This document shows positions 1-8,362 of a DNA stretch of 20,000 nt, in pieces. Position 1 is the first letter of the stretch, and every line of letters starts with the position of its first letter. The notes under the pieces were generated by a model. That model worked only from the letters and a program-made list of their open reading frames with translations. It was not told the DNA's origin and made no database searches. Origin of the DNA: Armatimonadota bacterium (GTDB taxonomy: Bacteria > Armatimonadota > Fimbriimonadia > Fimbriimonadales > Fimbriimonadaceae); contig JANNQV010000051.1 in the NCBI GenBank assembly GCA_031400935.1, positions 60,509-80,508 on the forward strand, read 5' to 3'. Made by a program: the position numbers and the translations under genes.

Positions 1-557
1 TATCGCGAACCATCTGATTTGAAATCCAGATATCCACGGTTCGACATTCCGTAAATGTCAACTTCAATAGGGTCAAGCCCGCGCTTCTTCACAGCGGCGA
101 TCCACCTTGGGTCAACCCGCAAAAGGCGATCGGCAATATTCGAATCGTTGTAGTCGTTCGTGCTCTGTTTGCCAACCAGGAGCTTTGATTCTAAGTATTT
201 CTTTGTGATGTTCACGACCGCAAAGAACGTCTCGTTGGTTTTAGGCTCGTAAAAGGTGGCGTTGGCTTTTCTGTCGAACTCGTCACCAGCCTTAAATGCG
301 AGAACATCTTCCTTCTTAGGCTCGGTGAGCGTAATAAAGGAATACATCGCTCGCCGAGTCGCATGCTTTCCATCCAGCAAGAGCTTAGAAACCAGCTTGA
401 TCTCATCTTCTGTAAGGGGGTCGAGTGGGTGGCGGAGCAGTTTTGCCTTGGCCTCCGCTTCTGCCTTTTCGTCCTTTGGCGGGGATGTTGCGCTTTGGGA
501 AAAGCAAACATTTAGGCAAACAAGAAAGGAAGCTAAAAGGGCAAGAGTTCTAATCAC
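1..557 (-). CDS. Copper-containing primary amine oxidase (TynA/CAO family), N-terminal part, with signal peptide; continues past the window edge
   Basis: Manual translation from GTG at 557: MIRTLALLASFLVCLNVCFSQ...LRHPLDPLTEDEIKLVSKLL...YSFITLTEPKKEDVLAFKAG...DPRWIAAVKKRGLDP. HPLDPLT..EI and I.L.EP.K match the copper amine oxidase N2 domain. The frame is open to position 1. The catalytic NYDY region is not in the window. Confidence 0.8.
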   Translation of the reverse strand, partial: MIRTLALLASFLVCLNVCFSQSATSPPKDEKAEAEAKAKLLRHPLDPLTEDEIKLVSKLLLDGKHATRRAMYSFITLTEPKKEDVLAFKAGDEFDRKANATFYEPKTNETFFAVVNITKKYLESKLLVGKQSTNDYNDSNIADRLLRVDPRWIAAVKKRGLDPIEVDIYGMSNRGYLDFKSDGSR

Positions 558-585
558 GATAGAACAGGATACCGCTATCCCATTC

Positions 586-611
586 GCAACTTCCTTTCAA
601 GCAGTTTCGTC
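586..611 (+). promoter_or_regulatory. Putative ECF sigma promoter (GCAAC-N17-CGTC)
   Basis: AAC ends at 590 and CGT starts at 608 (17 nt spacer), just upstream of the ATG at 624. Confidence 0.45.
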
Positions 612-623
612 TGTTTCAACAAC

Positions 624-1214
624 ATGGCAACAACTCAGACTGACGGCAGATTCAACCACCCATCCTATGTGCTCAAGAGGCAGATATTCAAGATGGTGGG
701 CTCGAATTTTTTCATCTATGAACCCAGCGGCGCACTTGCGTTTTTTGTCCATCAAAAGGGTTTCAAGTTGAAAGAGGATATAACAGTCTTTGCTGACGAA
801 GCCCAATCGAACCCGCTTTTTACGATTCGGGCAAGGCAAATCATGGATTTTTCGGCGGCATACGACATTTCTTTGGCTGGGAGTGGGGAGAGAATAGGCG
901 TTCTCAAGCGGAAGGGCTGGGCATCTATTGCTAGAGACGAATGGATAGTCTGCGATGCTAACGAAGTGCAATTCGCGCAGCTGATTGAAGATTCGCTGAT
1001 GCTGGCTCTTTTTAGGAGGTTCCTTTCGGGCTTGATTCCTCAAAACTACGACATGTTGACTGGAACAACCCGAATCGCGGACTACAAGCAGAATTTCAAC
1101 CCGTTTAGCTACAACTTGAACCTAGATATGAGCGAGTGGAACGATCAGTTCGACCGAAGGATCGCCATTGCGGCGGCAGTGCTTTTGGCGGCGATTGAGG
1201 GAAGGCAGAAGTAG
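624..1214 (+). CDS. LURP-one-related/scramblase (YxjI-like, Tubby-C-like fold) protein
   Basis: 196 aa ORF with repeated beta-hairpin units (F.IYEPSGALAFFVHQKGFKLKEDITVF; YDI...GERIGVLKRKG) and a C-terminal DRRIAIAAAVLL helix. Confidence 0.65.
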   Translation: MATTQTDGRFNHPSYVLKRQIFKMVGSNFFIYEPSGALAFFVHQKGFKLKEDITVFADEAQSNPLFTIRARQIMDFSAAYDISLAGSGERIGVLKRKGWASIARDEWIVCDANEVQFAQLIEDSLMLALFRRFLSGLIPQNYDMLTGTTRIADYKQNFNPFSYNLNLDMSEWNDQFDRRIAIAAAVLLAAIEGRQK

Positions 1215-1340
1215 GGGTTGGGGAGGGAGTCGAGCAAAATTGAAGCCGCAAAAGCCTTCCAAAAGCACGGTCTGTGAACTTGTGTTTGAATACAGGTTTG
1301 TGATTCCTGGCTCAAATGGACTTTTTCTGGCGCATTTAAC

Positions 1341-1440
1341 TCCTCACCCAGCCCTCTCCTCTAGTTCAAGCTCGTTCCTCGCGAACAAAAGGAGAGGGCT
1401 CATAACCCCCTTCCTCTCACTTCGCGAAAGGAAGGGGGTT
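1341..1440. repeat. REP-like palindromic element pair between convergent genes; possible bidirectional terminator
   Basis: Perfect stems AGCCCTCTCCT(1350-1360)/AGGAGAGGGCT(1390-1400) and AACCCCCTTCCT(1404-1415)/AGGAAGGGGGTT(1429-1440). 1371-1400 matches 8260-8289 at 29/30 nt. Confidence 0.75.
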
Positions 1441-2207
1441 CAAACAGCCGTCCCCAAATACGCCTCGATGACTTTCGGATTGTTCCGAATCTCGCTTGGT
1501 ACACCACGCGCGATTTCCTCGCCATGGTCTAGCACGAGAATCTTTTCGCAAAGGTTCATCACAAAACGCATGTCGTGTTCGATCAAAAGGACTGTCTTGT
1601 TAAAGTCGTTTCTGATTTTCAGGACTACGTTCAAAAGCTCGTTTTTCTCTTGCGGATTCATGCCAGCGGCAGGTTCATCAAGGAGGATGAGGTCGCACTG
1701 AGTTGCCATCGCCCGGGCGATTTCGACTCGCCGTTGGGCTCCGTACGATAGGTCCGTGCTTCTGGCGTGTGCAAAATTTGCGAGGTCCATAAATTCAAGC
1801 AATTGCCACGCCTCGTCCTGCAATTTTTCGGTTTCCTTGATGGCTCCTGGAAGATAAATCATTGCCGAGCTTAGCGATGACTTATGCCGAAGATGTGCAC
1901 CGACCATTACATTTTCCAATACAGTTAGTGATGAGAATAGTCGAATATTTTGAAATGTTCTGCCTATTCCTAATGCGGCGATTTTGTTCGGCGGCAACCC
2001 GGTGATTTCTTTGCCGTTGAAGACGATTTCACCAGAAGTGGGCTTGTACATACCTGTTATCAGGTTAAAGCAGGTCGTTTTTCCGGCACCGTTAGGGCCG
2101 ATCAAGCCAAAGATATCGCCTTTCAAAATGTCGAACGAAACGTCATTGACGGCAACTAATCCGCCAAAACGAATCAGAGCATTTTGAACACTTAGAACTG
2201 CGGTCAA
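1440..2207 (-). CDS. livG: Branched-chain amino acid ABC transporter ATP-binding protein LivG
   Basis: Walker A GPNGAGKTT, RTFQNIRLF, LSYGAQRRVEIARA, LLDEPAAG, C-terminal NPKVIEAYLG; TTG start overlaps the livM stop. Confidence 0.92.
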   Translation of the reverse strand: MTAVLSVQNALIRFGGLVAVNDVSFDILKGDIFGLIGPNGAGKTTCFNLITGMYKPTSGEIVFNGKEITGLPPNKIAALGIGRTFQNIRLFSSLTVLENVMVGAHLRHKSSLSSAMIYLPGAIKETEKLQDEAWQLLEFMDLANFAHARSTDLSYGAQRRVEIARAMATQCDLILLDEPAAGMNPQEKNELLNVVLKIRNDFNKTVLLIEHDMRFVMNLCEKILVLDHGEEIARGVPSEIRNNPKVIEAYLGTAV

Positions 2208-3667
2208 GGTGCCACCCCAATCGCCTTCTTCTTTCCAAAAATTCCCTTAATAAAGTCCCAACTGAATTCTTGATGGCTCATGATTCCTTGTGGCCGGTTC
2301 AGCATGACAATAACAAGAGCCAACGAAAAAATTGCCCATCGCAGGTCGGCTGCTTGATATTTTATGGGGTCAAGAACTGCTGCAAGGGGAGCGATTTTAT
2401 GGAGCAAAGCTTGTGTTCCAAATGAGACGCCGTAGGCGAGAGCGAGCACCACCATGGCACCGCCAAATTTTGGCAATGCCGTTCGAAATGAAGATGGAAG
2501 TAGCATCGCAACATTAAGAGCCAAGGCGATCACAACAAACGCTACTTTTATTACAACCGACATATCGGCTCCCCAAAGACGATACGCCCCAAATAAGGCG
2601 CAACCAAGTCCAATCAAGCCCGGAACAATCAGTGCCTTGTCGAAAGTGACTCTAGCAGGGCCTTCGATTCGCTTAAAGACTTGCTTTGCTAAAAGGACAG
2701 TCACGATTAATGCAATCAAAAATCCATAGAGTGCAGTTGCCGAAATTCCGGGTAACGCTCGCAATCCTTCTTCGAGTACTTTGAGACTAACCCCAGAGAT
2801 TACCGCTCCTGTAATTGAACCCGTACCACCGATCACGACCATCGCGACAAGCATAAAGCTGACATCCATTTTGAAATCGTCAGGAGAAACAGATCGGTTG
2901 TAATGGGCAAACAAGGCTCCCGCCATTCCTGCTATTGCAGCACCAATCGTGAATGCTGTAACTTTTATACGCGTAGAGTGAACTCCAGTGGCATCTGCGG
3001 CCAATTCGTCTTCTCGAACTGAAAGAAAGGAAAGTCCGTGAGCGGTCTTCAGTAAGTTTCGCGAAAGTGCAATTGCAACGATTAGCAAGAGTAAAAGATG
3101 GTACATTTCGGTGAGCTTTGGAACCCCTTGGAGTCCATAGGCGCCACCTAAATCGAGTCCGCCAAATGCTTGCTTTCCACCATCTTGGTTGATGACAATG
3201 ACACGGGCAATTTCACCAAATCCCATAGTCATAACTGCCAAGTAGTCGCCGCGAAGCCTGAGCGAAGGAATTCCAACAAGCAGCCCAATGAGTGCTGCAC
3301 CAACGGCTCCAACCACAACCATCAAAGGCAACCAAAGCCAGCCAGGAACGCCTGCGGTTTTGTAGTACATCGAAGAAATCTTGCCGGAGATGATTGCACC
3401 TGACAAGTAAAACGCCGCATGGCCCATCGAGAATTGGCCGGTAATGCCATTGATAAGGTTGAGGCTGACTGCAAGTGTAGCGTAGAGCAAACTGTTCACC
3501 AAGATTCGCATGTCATAAATGCCCAAATTTGGTGTTAGAAAAAGCTGCAAAGCATAAAGAAACGCAGCAATCAAAACGAAAGTGCCGACACGAGTAGTCC
3601 AGAACTTTCCTGCGGAGTACCGTGTGCTGCTCAAGCTAGAAACAAGCGTTTGGGGAGTCGCCGCCAT
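2204..3667 (-). CDS. livM: Branched-chain amino acid ABC transporter permease LivM, with extra hydrophobic insert
   Basis: SLNLINGITGQFSMGHAAF, LRLRGDYLA..T.GFGEI, VREDELAA, GGTGSITG and RPQGI motifs. Confidence 0.9.
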   Translation of the reverse strand: MAATPQTLVSSLSSTRYSAGKFWTTRVGTFVLIAAFLYALQLFLTPNLGIYDMRILVNSLLYATLAVSLNLINGITGQFSMGHAAFYLSGAIISGKISSMYYKTAGVPGWLWLPLMVVVGAVGAALIGLLVGIPSLRLRGDYLAVMTMGFGEIARVIVINQDGGKQAFGGLDLGGAYGLQGVPKLTEMYHLLLLLIVAIALSRNLLKTAHGLSFLSVREDELAADATGVHSTRIKVTAFTIGAAIAGMAGALFAHYNRSVSPDDFKMDVSFMLVAMVVIGGTGSITGAVISGVSLKVLEEGLRALPGISATALYGFLIALIVTVLLAKQVFKRIEGPARVTFDKALIVPGLIGLGCALFGAYRLWGADMSVVIKVAFVVIALALNVAMLLPSSFRTALPKFGGAMVVLALAYGVSFGTQALLHKIAPLAAVLDPIKYQAADLRWAIFSLALVIVMLNRPQGIMSHQEFSWDFIKGIFGKKKAIGVAP

Positions 3668-4615
3668 TTAGACTTTGTCCCTCACGCTTCCAAATAGTCC
3701 GCTTGGCTTTACGAGCAAAATGATAATGAGCAAGAGGAAGGCGACAGCGTCCTTATATCCAGCGTAGCCGAGCCACACAACGAGGTACTCCGAAACACCC
3801 ATAATCAGACCGCCTGCTACGGCTCCTGGGATGTTGCCGATACCGCCTAGAACAGCAGCGACAAACGCTTTGACACCTGGCAGGACACCGAAGAAAGTAT
3901 TGAGAGGTGTTCCATAATTCGTGGCTTGAAGCATTCCGCCTGCACCAGCAAGCGCTGAACCAAGTACAAAGGTGAAAACGATGATCTTGTCAACGTTGAT
4001 TCCCATCAGCGATGCAGTTTGGAAGTCATGGGAGACAGCACGCATGGCACGGCCAGTCGGAGTCTTTGTGACTATAAACCACAATGTTACCATCAGAAAG
4101 GCAACGACTCCCATCACGATCAGCGAAAAAGTAGTTGCTTGAATTCCAAGGAAATTGACCGTAGACTTTGCGAACGGATTAATTTCCTCGACGATACTGG
4201 GTTGAGGCGAAGTTTGAACTATGAGCCGTCCTGCATATTCCATAAAGAGGGAAATGCCAACCGCCGTTATCAAAACCGATAATCTAGGTGCCTTTCGCAA
4301 CGGCCGATAGGCAAGACGTTCAATCGTTACACCCAAGGCTGCTGTTCCGACCATCGCAATCACCAACATTACGAGCAGAAGGACAATGGGATGCTGCGCC
4401 AACCAAACCGTAAACGGGTGTGAAGAGTCCTTGGTAAACCACACCATCGAGGTGTAGTAAGCCAAGTATGCGCCGACCATATATAAATCGCCGTGCGCAA
4501 AGTTGATCAGCCTCAATACGCCATACACCATGGTATAGCCGAGGGCGATCAATGCATAGACCGCCCCCCACTGAATCCCATAGAAAAGTTGGGTTGGTAA
4601 AGTCGAAAAATCCAG
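3668..4615 (-). CDS. livH: Branched-chain amino acid ABC transporter permease LivH; start probably CTG at 4615
   Basis: YALIALGYTMVYGVLRLINFAHG, GRAMRAVS, KAFVAAVLGGIG motifs. The frame extends 21 codons upstream of the TTG at 4552 to a CTG lying 9 nt after AAGGAG. Confidence 0.9.
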   Translation of the reverse strand: MDFSTLPTQLFYGIQWGAVYALIALGYTMVYGVLRLINFAHGDLYMVGAYLAYYTSMVWFTKDSSHPFTVWLAQHPIVLLLVMLVIAMVGTAALGVTIERLAYRPLRKAPRLSVLITAVGISLFMEYAGRLIVQTSPQPSIVEEINPFAKSTVNFLGIQATTFSLIVMGVVAFLMVTLWFIVTKTPTGRAMRAVSHDFQTASLMGINVDKIIVFTFVLGSALAGAGGMLQATNYGTPLNTFFGVLPGVKAFVAAVLGGIGNIPGAVAGGLIMGVSEYLVVWLGYAGYKDAVAFLLLIIILLVKPSGLFGSVRDKV

Positions 4616-4621
4616 TTTCGA

Positions 4622-5881
4622 CTACTCCTTAAACTCGAAGAATGCAACTTGCTTCACGGCAACAAATCCGCCCTTTTCGACTTTGAGAATCAAAGCAGGC
4701 TTTTGTGCATTTCCGTCTGGTCCGATTGTAATCACTCCGGAAACACCTTTCATGTCCTTCACTTGGGCGATTGCCTTTAGCAAGTTCATGCTGTTCGTTG
4801 CTTTGCTCGATGTAAGGGCTGTAAGCACAACATTGGTTGCATCATAGCCTAACGCACCCATTGCCGTGGCTGGTTCTGCTCCAAATTTCTTAGTGAACTT
4901 GGCAACAAAGTCTTGGACTTCTGGCCGCTTTTCTGAGTTATGGTAATGGTTCATGAAACACCCACCGATGATTCCGCTTCCGCCTGAATCAATCAGCTTC
5001 GTGCTATCCCAGCCATCGCCTCCAAGCATAGGCACGTTTAGCCCAATTTGCTCACGTTGTCGAGCGATTGGGCCCACTTCGGTAAAGTATCCCGAGCAGA
5101 AAAGTCCGTCAGGTGTTTTGCTTTTTATGTTTGTAAGTTGCGCCTTAAAGTCAATATTTCCCGCTTCATAGAATTCTTCCGTTGCAATCTTGCCACCAAG
5201 AGAGACGAATACCTTTGTAAACATTTCCGAAAGTCCAGTTGAATAGGGAAGTTTTCGGTCTGTCAGAACTGCAATGTTTCGGCATTTCAAATCGTCGTAC
5301 GCGTACTTTGCGAGGGCCGCGCCTTGGAAATTATCTGTGAAGCAAGCTCGAAAAACGTGCCCGCCCTTTTCCGTAAGATCAACGCGCGTTGCGCCAACAG
5401 CTACGATTGGAACCCCAGCTTCTTGGCAGACATCCGCCGCCTGAAGAGTAATTCCGCTAGCTACTTCGCCAATGACCGCCAAAACCTTATCTTGTCCAAC
5501 TAGCTTCTCTGTAGCAGACTTTCCGCCTTCGGGTTTCGACTGCGTGTCTTCAACAACGAGGGTCACCATCTTGCCATCTAGTCCGCCGGCAGCATTGAAT
5601 TCTTCAACGGCAAGCTCTGCACCTTTCTTGGAGTCCACGCCCCATGGCTGGTTTTCGCCGTTCAAACTTGCGATCATGCCGATCTTGATCGTGTCGCCCG
5701 TAGCATCATTTCCTGTTGCTTCAGGGAGAGGTCGTGTGGAAACAAAGGTATCGCTAGTTGACACCGAATTAGAAGTCGCGCCGTTTGTTTCAGTTTTTGC
5801 AGGGCATCCACCAAGGATTGCCGCCGCCGGAATGATTAGTGCGACCAAGGTCGCTAAAGTCAATTTTCTCTTGTTATTCAC
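4622..5881 (-). CDS. livK: Branched-chain amino acid ABC transporter substrate-binding lipoprotein (LivK/LivJ family)
   Basis: Lipobox ILGG-C, IKIG...LNG, A.EEFNAAGGLDGK, FRACFTDNFQG, GYDA; GTG start with AGGTGA SD. Confidence 0.88.
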   Translation of the reverse strand: MNNKRKLTLATLVALIIPAAAILGGCPAKTETNGATSNSVSTSDTFVSTRPLPEATGNDATGDTIKIGMIASLNGENQPWGVDSKKGAELAVEEFNAAGGLDGKMVTLVVEDTQSKPEGGKSATEKLVGQDKVLAVIGEVASGITLQAADVCQEAGVPIVAVGATRVDLTEKGGHVFRACFTDNFQGAALAKYAYDDLKCRNIAVLTDRKLPYSTGLSEMFTKVFVSLGGKIATEEFYEAGNIDFKAQLTNIKSKTPDGLFCSGYFTEVGPIARQREQIGLNVPMLGGDGWDSTKLIDSGGSGIIGGCFMNHYHNSEKRPEVQDFVAKFTKKFGAEPATAMGALGYDATNVVLTALTSSKATNSMNLLKAIAQVKDMKGVSGVITIGPDGNAQKPALILKVEKGGFVAVKQVAFFEFKE

Positions 5882-6043
5882 ATTTCACCTGCTGTCGAGT
5901 CTCGTTAAGGGACTGTGAGAAATTCGAGTATACAGAACTCGCGCACCTTTTCGTAAGCATTCTTTACTGGATTGGCTACAATTTTCTGCAAAAATTGTCA
6001 CAATGCCTTAGACTCGCACCCTTCAACACTGAGAAAACTCGAA

Positions 6044-6886
6044 ATGTCCCAAGAACAAGTTGAACAATTTATCTGCGAAGCGCAGCAATCTATGCAGACT
6101 GGGCACTTCGCGCCAGCCCTCGAACTCACAGAGCAAGCACTCGCGTTAGACCAGATGTCAAGCGAAGCCCACGTCTTGAGGGGCGTCGCACTTGCTCAGC
6201 TCAACCGTCCTGAAGAAGCCACGCAAGCTTTTCTAGCGGGAGTTAAATTCGGACCACAAAATGCGAAAGCGTTTTTTAACTTGGCGGTTCATCATCACCA
6301 GCAGGGACAAAGGGCACTTTCCGAGGAAATGGCAAGAGAAACCCTGCGGATTAATCCCGATCATTCAGGTGCCAAGTCTTTGCTGGTGGCAAATGATTCT
6401 GGGAACGGATCAGAATCTCAACTTAGCCTCGAAAAGCCACCGGTTATCTCTGGAATGGAGCCTCCGCCTCCCACTATTGCAGAACCAATGCAATCCGCGA
6501 GTTATCGCTCCGGTTACGATGCATCAAATGAAAATAGCCTTCAATTTGCAAAAAAAATGGGTAAAGGTTGGGTTGCAATTGGAGTCTCGCTCGCACTGCT
6601 ATCGTTGATAGCGGGATTGGCAAACTGGTTGATCAGACTTCAAGCTATGGCTGCAATTGGAGCTAATTTTAGCGATCAAAGCGGACTGGGAAACCTGTTT
6701 CCTACCTCAAGCAGTTGGATTTCCGTAGTTGCCACAGTAGTCGGCCTAACCAGCCTCGTTTGGATGATTCTTGATTTGATCCATCGTCGTGGAAACTGGC
6801 TGTGGATGCTTCCCTATGTCATTTGTTGCTGTTGCGGTTTTGGAGGAATTTGCCAACTGATCTACGTTTGGCAAGGCAGAAAGTAG
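6044..6886 (+). CDS. TPR-repeat protein with Pro-rich linker, about 3 C-terminal transmembrane helices and a CCCC motif
   Basis: TPR patterns (AHVLRGVALAQLNRPEEA; NAKAFFNLA...NPDH) and a hydrophobic C-terminus. ATG 6044 is preferred over TTG 5972 because a TACAAT box lies at 5977-5982. Confidence 0.75.
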   Translation: MSQEQVEQFICEAQQSMQTGHFAPALELTEQALALDQMSSEAHVLRGVALAQLNRPEEATQAFLAGVKFGPQNAKAFFNLAVHHHQQGQRALSEEMARETLRINPDHSGAKSLLVANDSGNGSESQLSLEKPPVISGMEPPPPTIAEPMQSASYRSGYDASNENSLQFAKKMGKGWVAIGVSLALLSLIAGLANWLIRLQAMAAIGANFSDQSGLGNLFPTSSSWISVVATVVGLTSLVWMILDLIHRRGNWLWMLPYVICCCCGFGGICQLIYVWQGRK

Positions 6887-6946
6887 CGAAATTCGCCACA
6901 ATCCAGCGTATAGTAAGTATCTGTATCAGAAAAATTGGAAATCTAA

Positions 6947-8113
6947 ATGATCTTGCCTGTCCTTTGTTCTTATTTTATTGTTGGAGCACAATCGTCATCA
7001 ATTGACGTCCCGTTTCGCCTTGCAGAAACAGCCATCATCGTGGATTCTGTTGTCAACGGCAAGAGAGCAGCACTTATGTTCGACACGGGATTTGGCGGCT
7101 CGGTAATTGTTGATTCTTCATTGAACATTGGCGAACCAACTGGAAAAATGGGCTTGCGAGATTTTGTTGGACAGTTCGAAGCGGACACAGTCAAGATCAA
7201 AACTTTGAAACTTGGTTCAATGACCATTGATCCAACTGGGATGGACGCCGTTAAGGTTCCCGGACAGGACAACACGATGTCTTACGGAATGAACTGCATG
7301 GGAATCATGGGTTTTGAAGTCATCTCAAAGTACATTACTGAGATTAGTTTTGAAAAAAGCAAATTTGTTTTTCACCCAAAATCGGTTGACATAACCAAAA
7401 GAGTTCCGGACAACAAGCGCACATTCTTGGCTAAATTGCTTCCTGTTGGGCATAGCTCGCTCGAAATGCTCGTGACAGCCCCCAATGGAAAGCAGATGAT
7501 TCTCGCGCTAGATACAGGTAATTCCTTTTATGCAACGACGCATCGGGACGTTTTGGAGAGGATCGGGGTTTGGGAACCAGGCAAGGAGCCAAAGTTCATG
7601 CGCTCGGCATTTGTTGCTTCTGGCGAAGTGGCGAGTTGGTACTGCAGGTTCAAAGATTTGAAAGTCTATGGAGTTCCGGTACCAGACAGCACTTGGAGCA
7701 TTATTGACCTGCCTTCAAGTTCTGCAGAACACGATGGCACTGTCGGGTTTGGTTTCTTGAAGAATTTCAATATTACGATTGACTATGGCCGACGGAGAGT
7801 TTGGCTTGAAAACTTTACTGGACAAACGGGAAGCGAGCCGGAAGCTGATCTGGGATTGATTGTTGGACCCCGAAATGAAAAAGTTGTGGTGTACCGAGTG
7901 GCACCAGAAAGTCCTGCGGCGAAGGCTGGAATCAAAATTGGCGATGAATTGCTTTCCAAGGATGGGGCCGATGTATCCAATATCGGCTTTCGGAGATTCA
8001 TGAGCTTTTTTGACGGCCAACAAGGAACAAAAGTCAGTTTGGCGATGTCTCGAAACGGACAATTGATGCGCTTCGAATTGACTCGAGAATTTCTGATTAA
8101 CGAAGCGAAATAG
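6947..8113 (+). CDS. Exported aspartyl protease (two retropepsin-like domains) with C-terminal PDZ domain
   Basis: Two DTG motifs (FDTGFG, LDTGNS), GIMG/GTVGFGFL flanking motifs, and PDZ signature V.PESPAAKAGIKIGDELLSKDG. Confidence 0.85.
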   Translation: MILPVLCSYFIVGAQSSSIDVPFRLAETAIIVDSVVNGKRAALMFDTGFGGSVIVDSSLNIGEPTGKMGLRDFVGQFEADTVKIKTLKLGSMTIDPTGMDAVKVPGQDNTMSYGMNCMGIMGFEVISKYITEISFEKSKFVFHPKSVDITKRVPDNKRTFLAKLLPVGHSSLEMLVTAPNGKQMILALDTGNSFYATTHRDVLERIGVWEPGKEPKFMRSAFVASGEVASWYCRFKDLKVYGVPVPDSTWSIIDLPSSSAEHDGTVGFGFLKNFNITIDYGRRRVWLENFTGQTGSEPEADLGLIVGPRNEKVVVYRVAPESPAAKAGIKIGDELLSKDGADVSNIGFRRFMSFFDGQQGTKVSLAMSRNGQLMRFELTREFLINEAK

Positions 8114-8122
8114 CTTGCAGTT

Positions 8123-8323
8123 AGCCCTTCCATTTTTGCGAGGAACGCCTGTCCCGCCGTAGCTGAAAGTCCCGCCGAACGAAGAGAGGGAAACGAAGTC
8201 GGGAGGAAATGAAATCGGGAAGCTCAGGTGAGGGTGACCATTCGCAATTCGAAACCTGCCTCGTTTCTCGCGAACAAAAGGAGAGGGCTTCGCTATTCAT
8301 CCTCGCGAACAAAAGGAAGAGCT
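8123..8323. repeat. Cluster of REP-like repeat copies between convergent genes
   Basis: CTCGCGAACAAAAGGA core at 8260-8289 and 8301-8323, a degenerate inverted copy at 8123-8147, and the same motif at 1371-1400. Confidence 0.7.
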
Positions 8324-8362
8324 CAACCATCCATCCGCGCAAACAATCAAGGAAAGGCTCAA

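Noticed and set aside
4616..4624. livK-livH fusion by TAG read-through (same frame)
   Set aside because: A strong SD 9 nt before an in-frame CTG explains livH more simply, and there is no evidence of amber recoding.
5972..6043. CxxCH (CKNCH) heme-like motif in the TTG-initiated extension of the TPR ORF
   Set aside because: There is no export signal, the stretch overlaps a TACAAT promoter-like box, and ATG 6044 is the more plausible start, so the motif is probably chance.
8114..8362. CRISPR array
   Set aside because: Only 2-3 degenerate copies with mixed orientation and irregular short spacing, and no cas genes.
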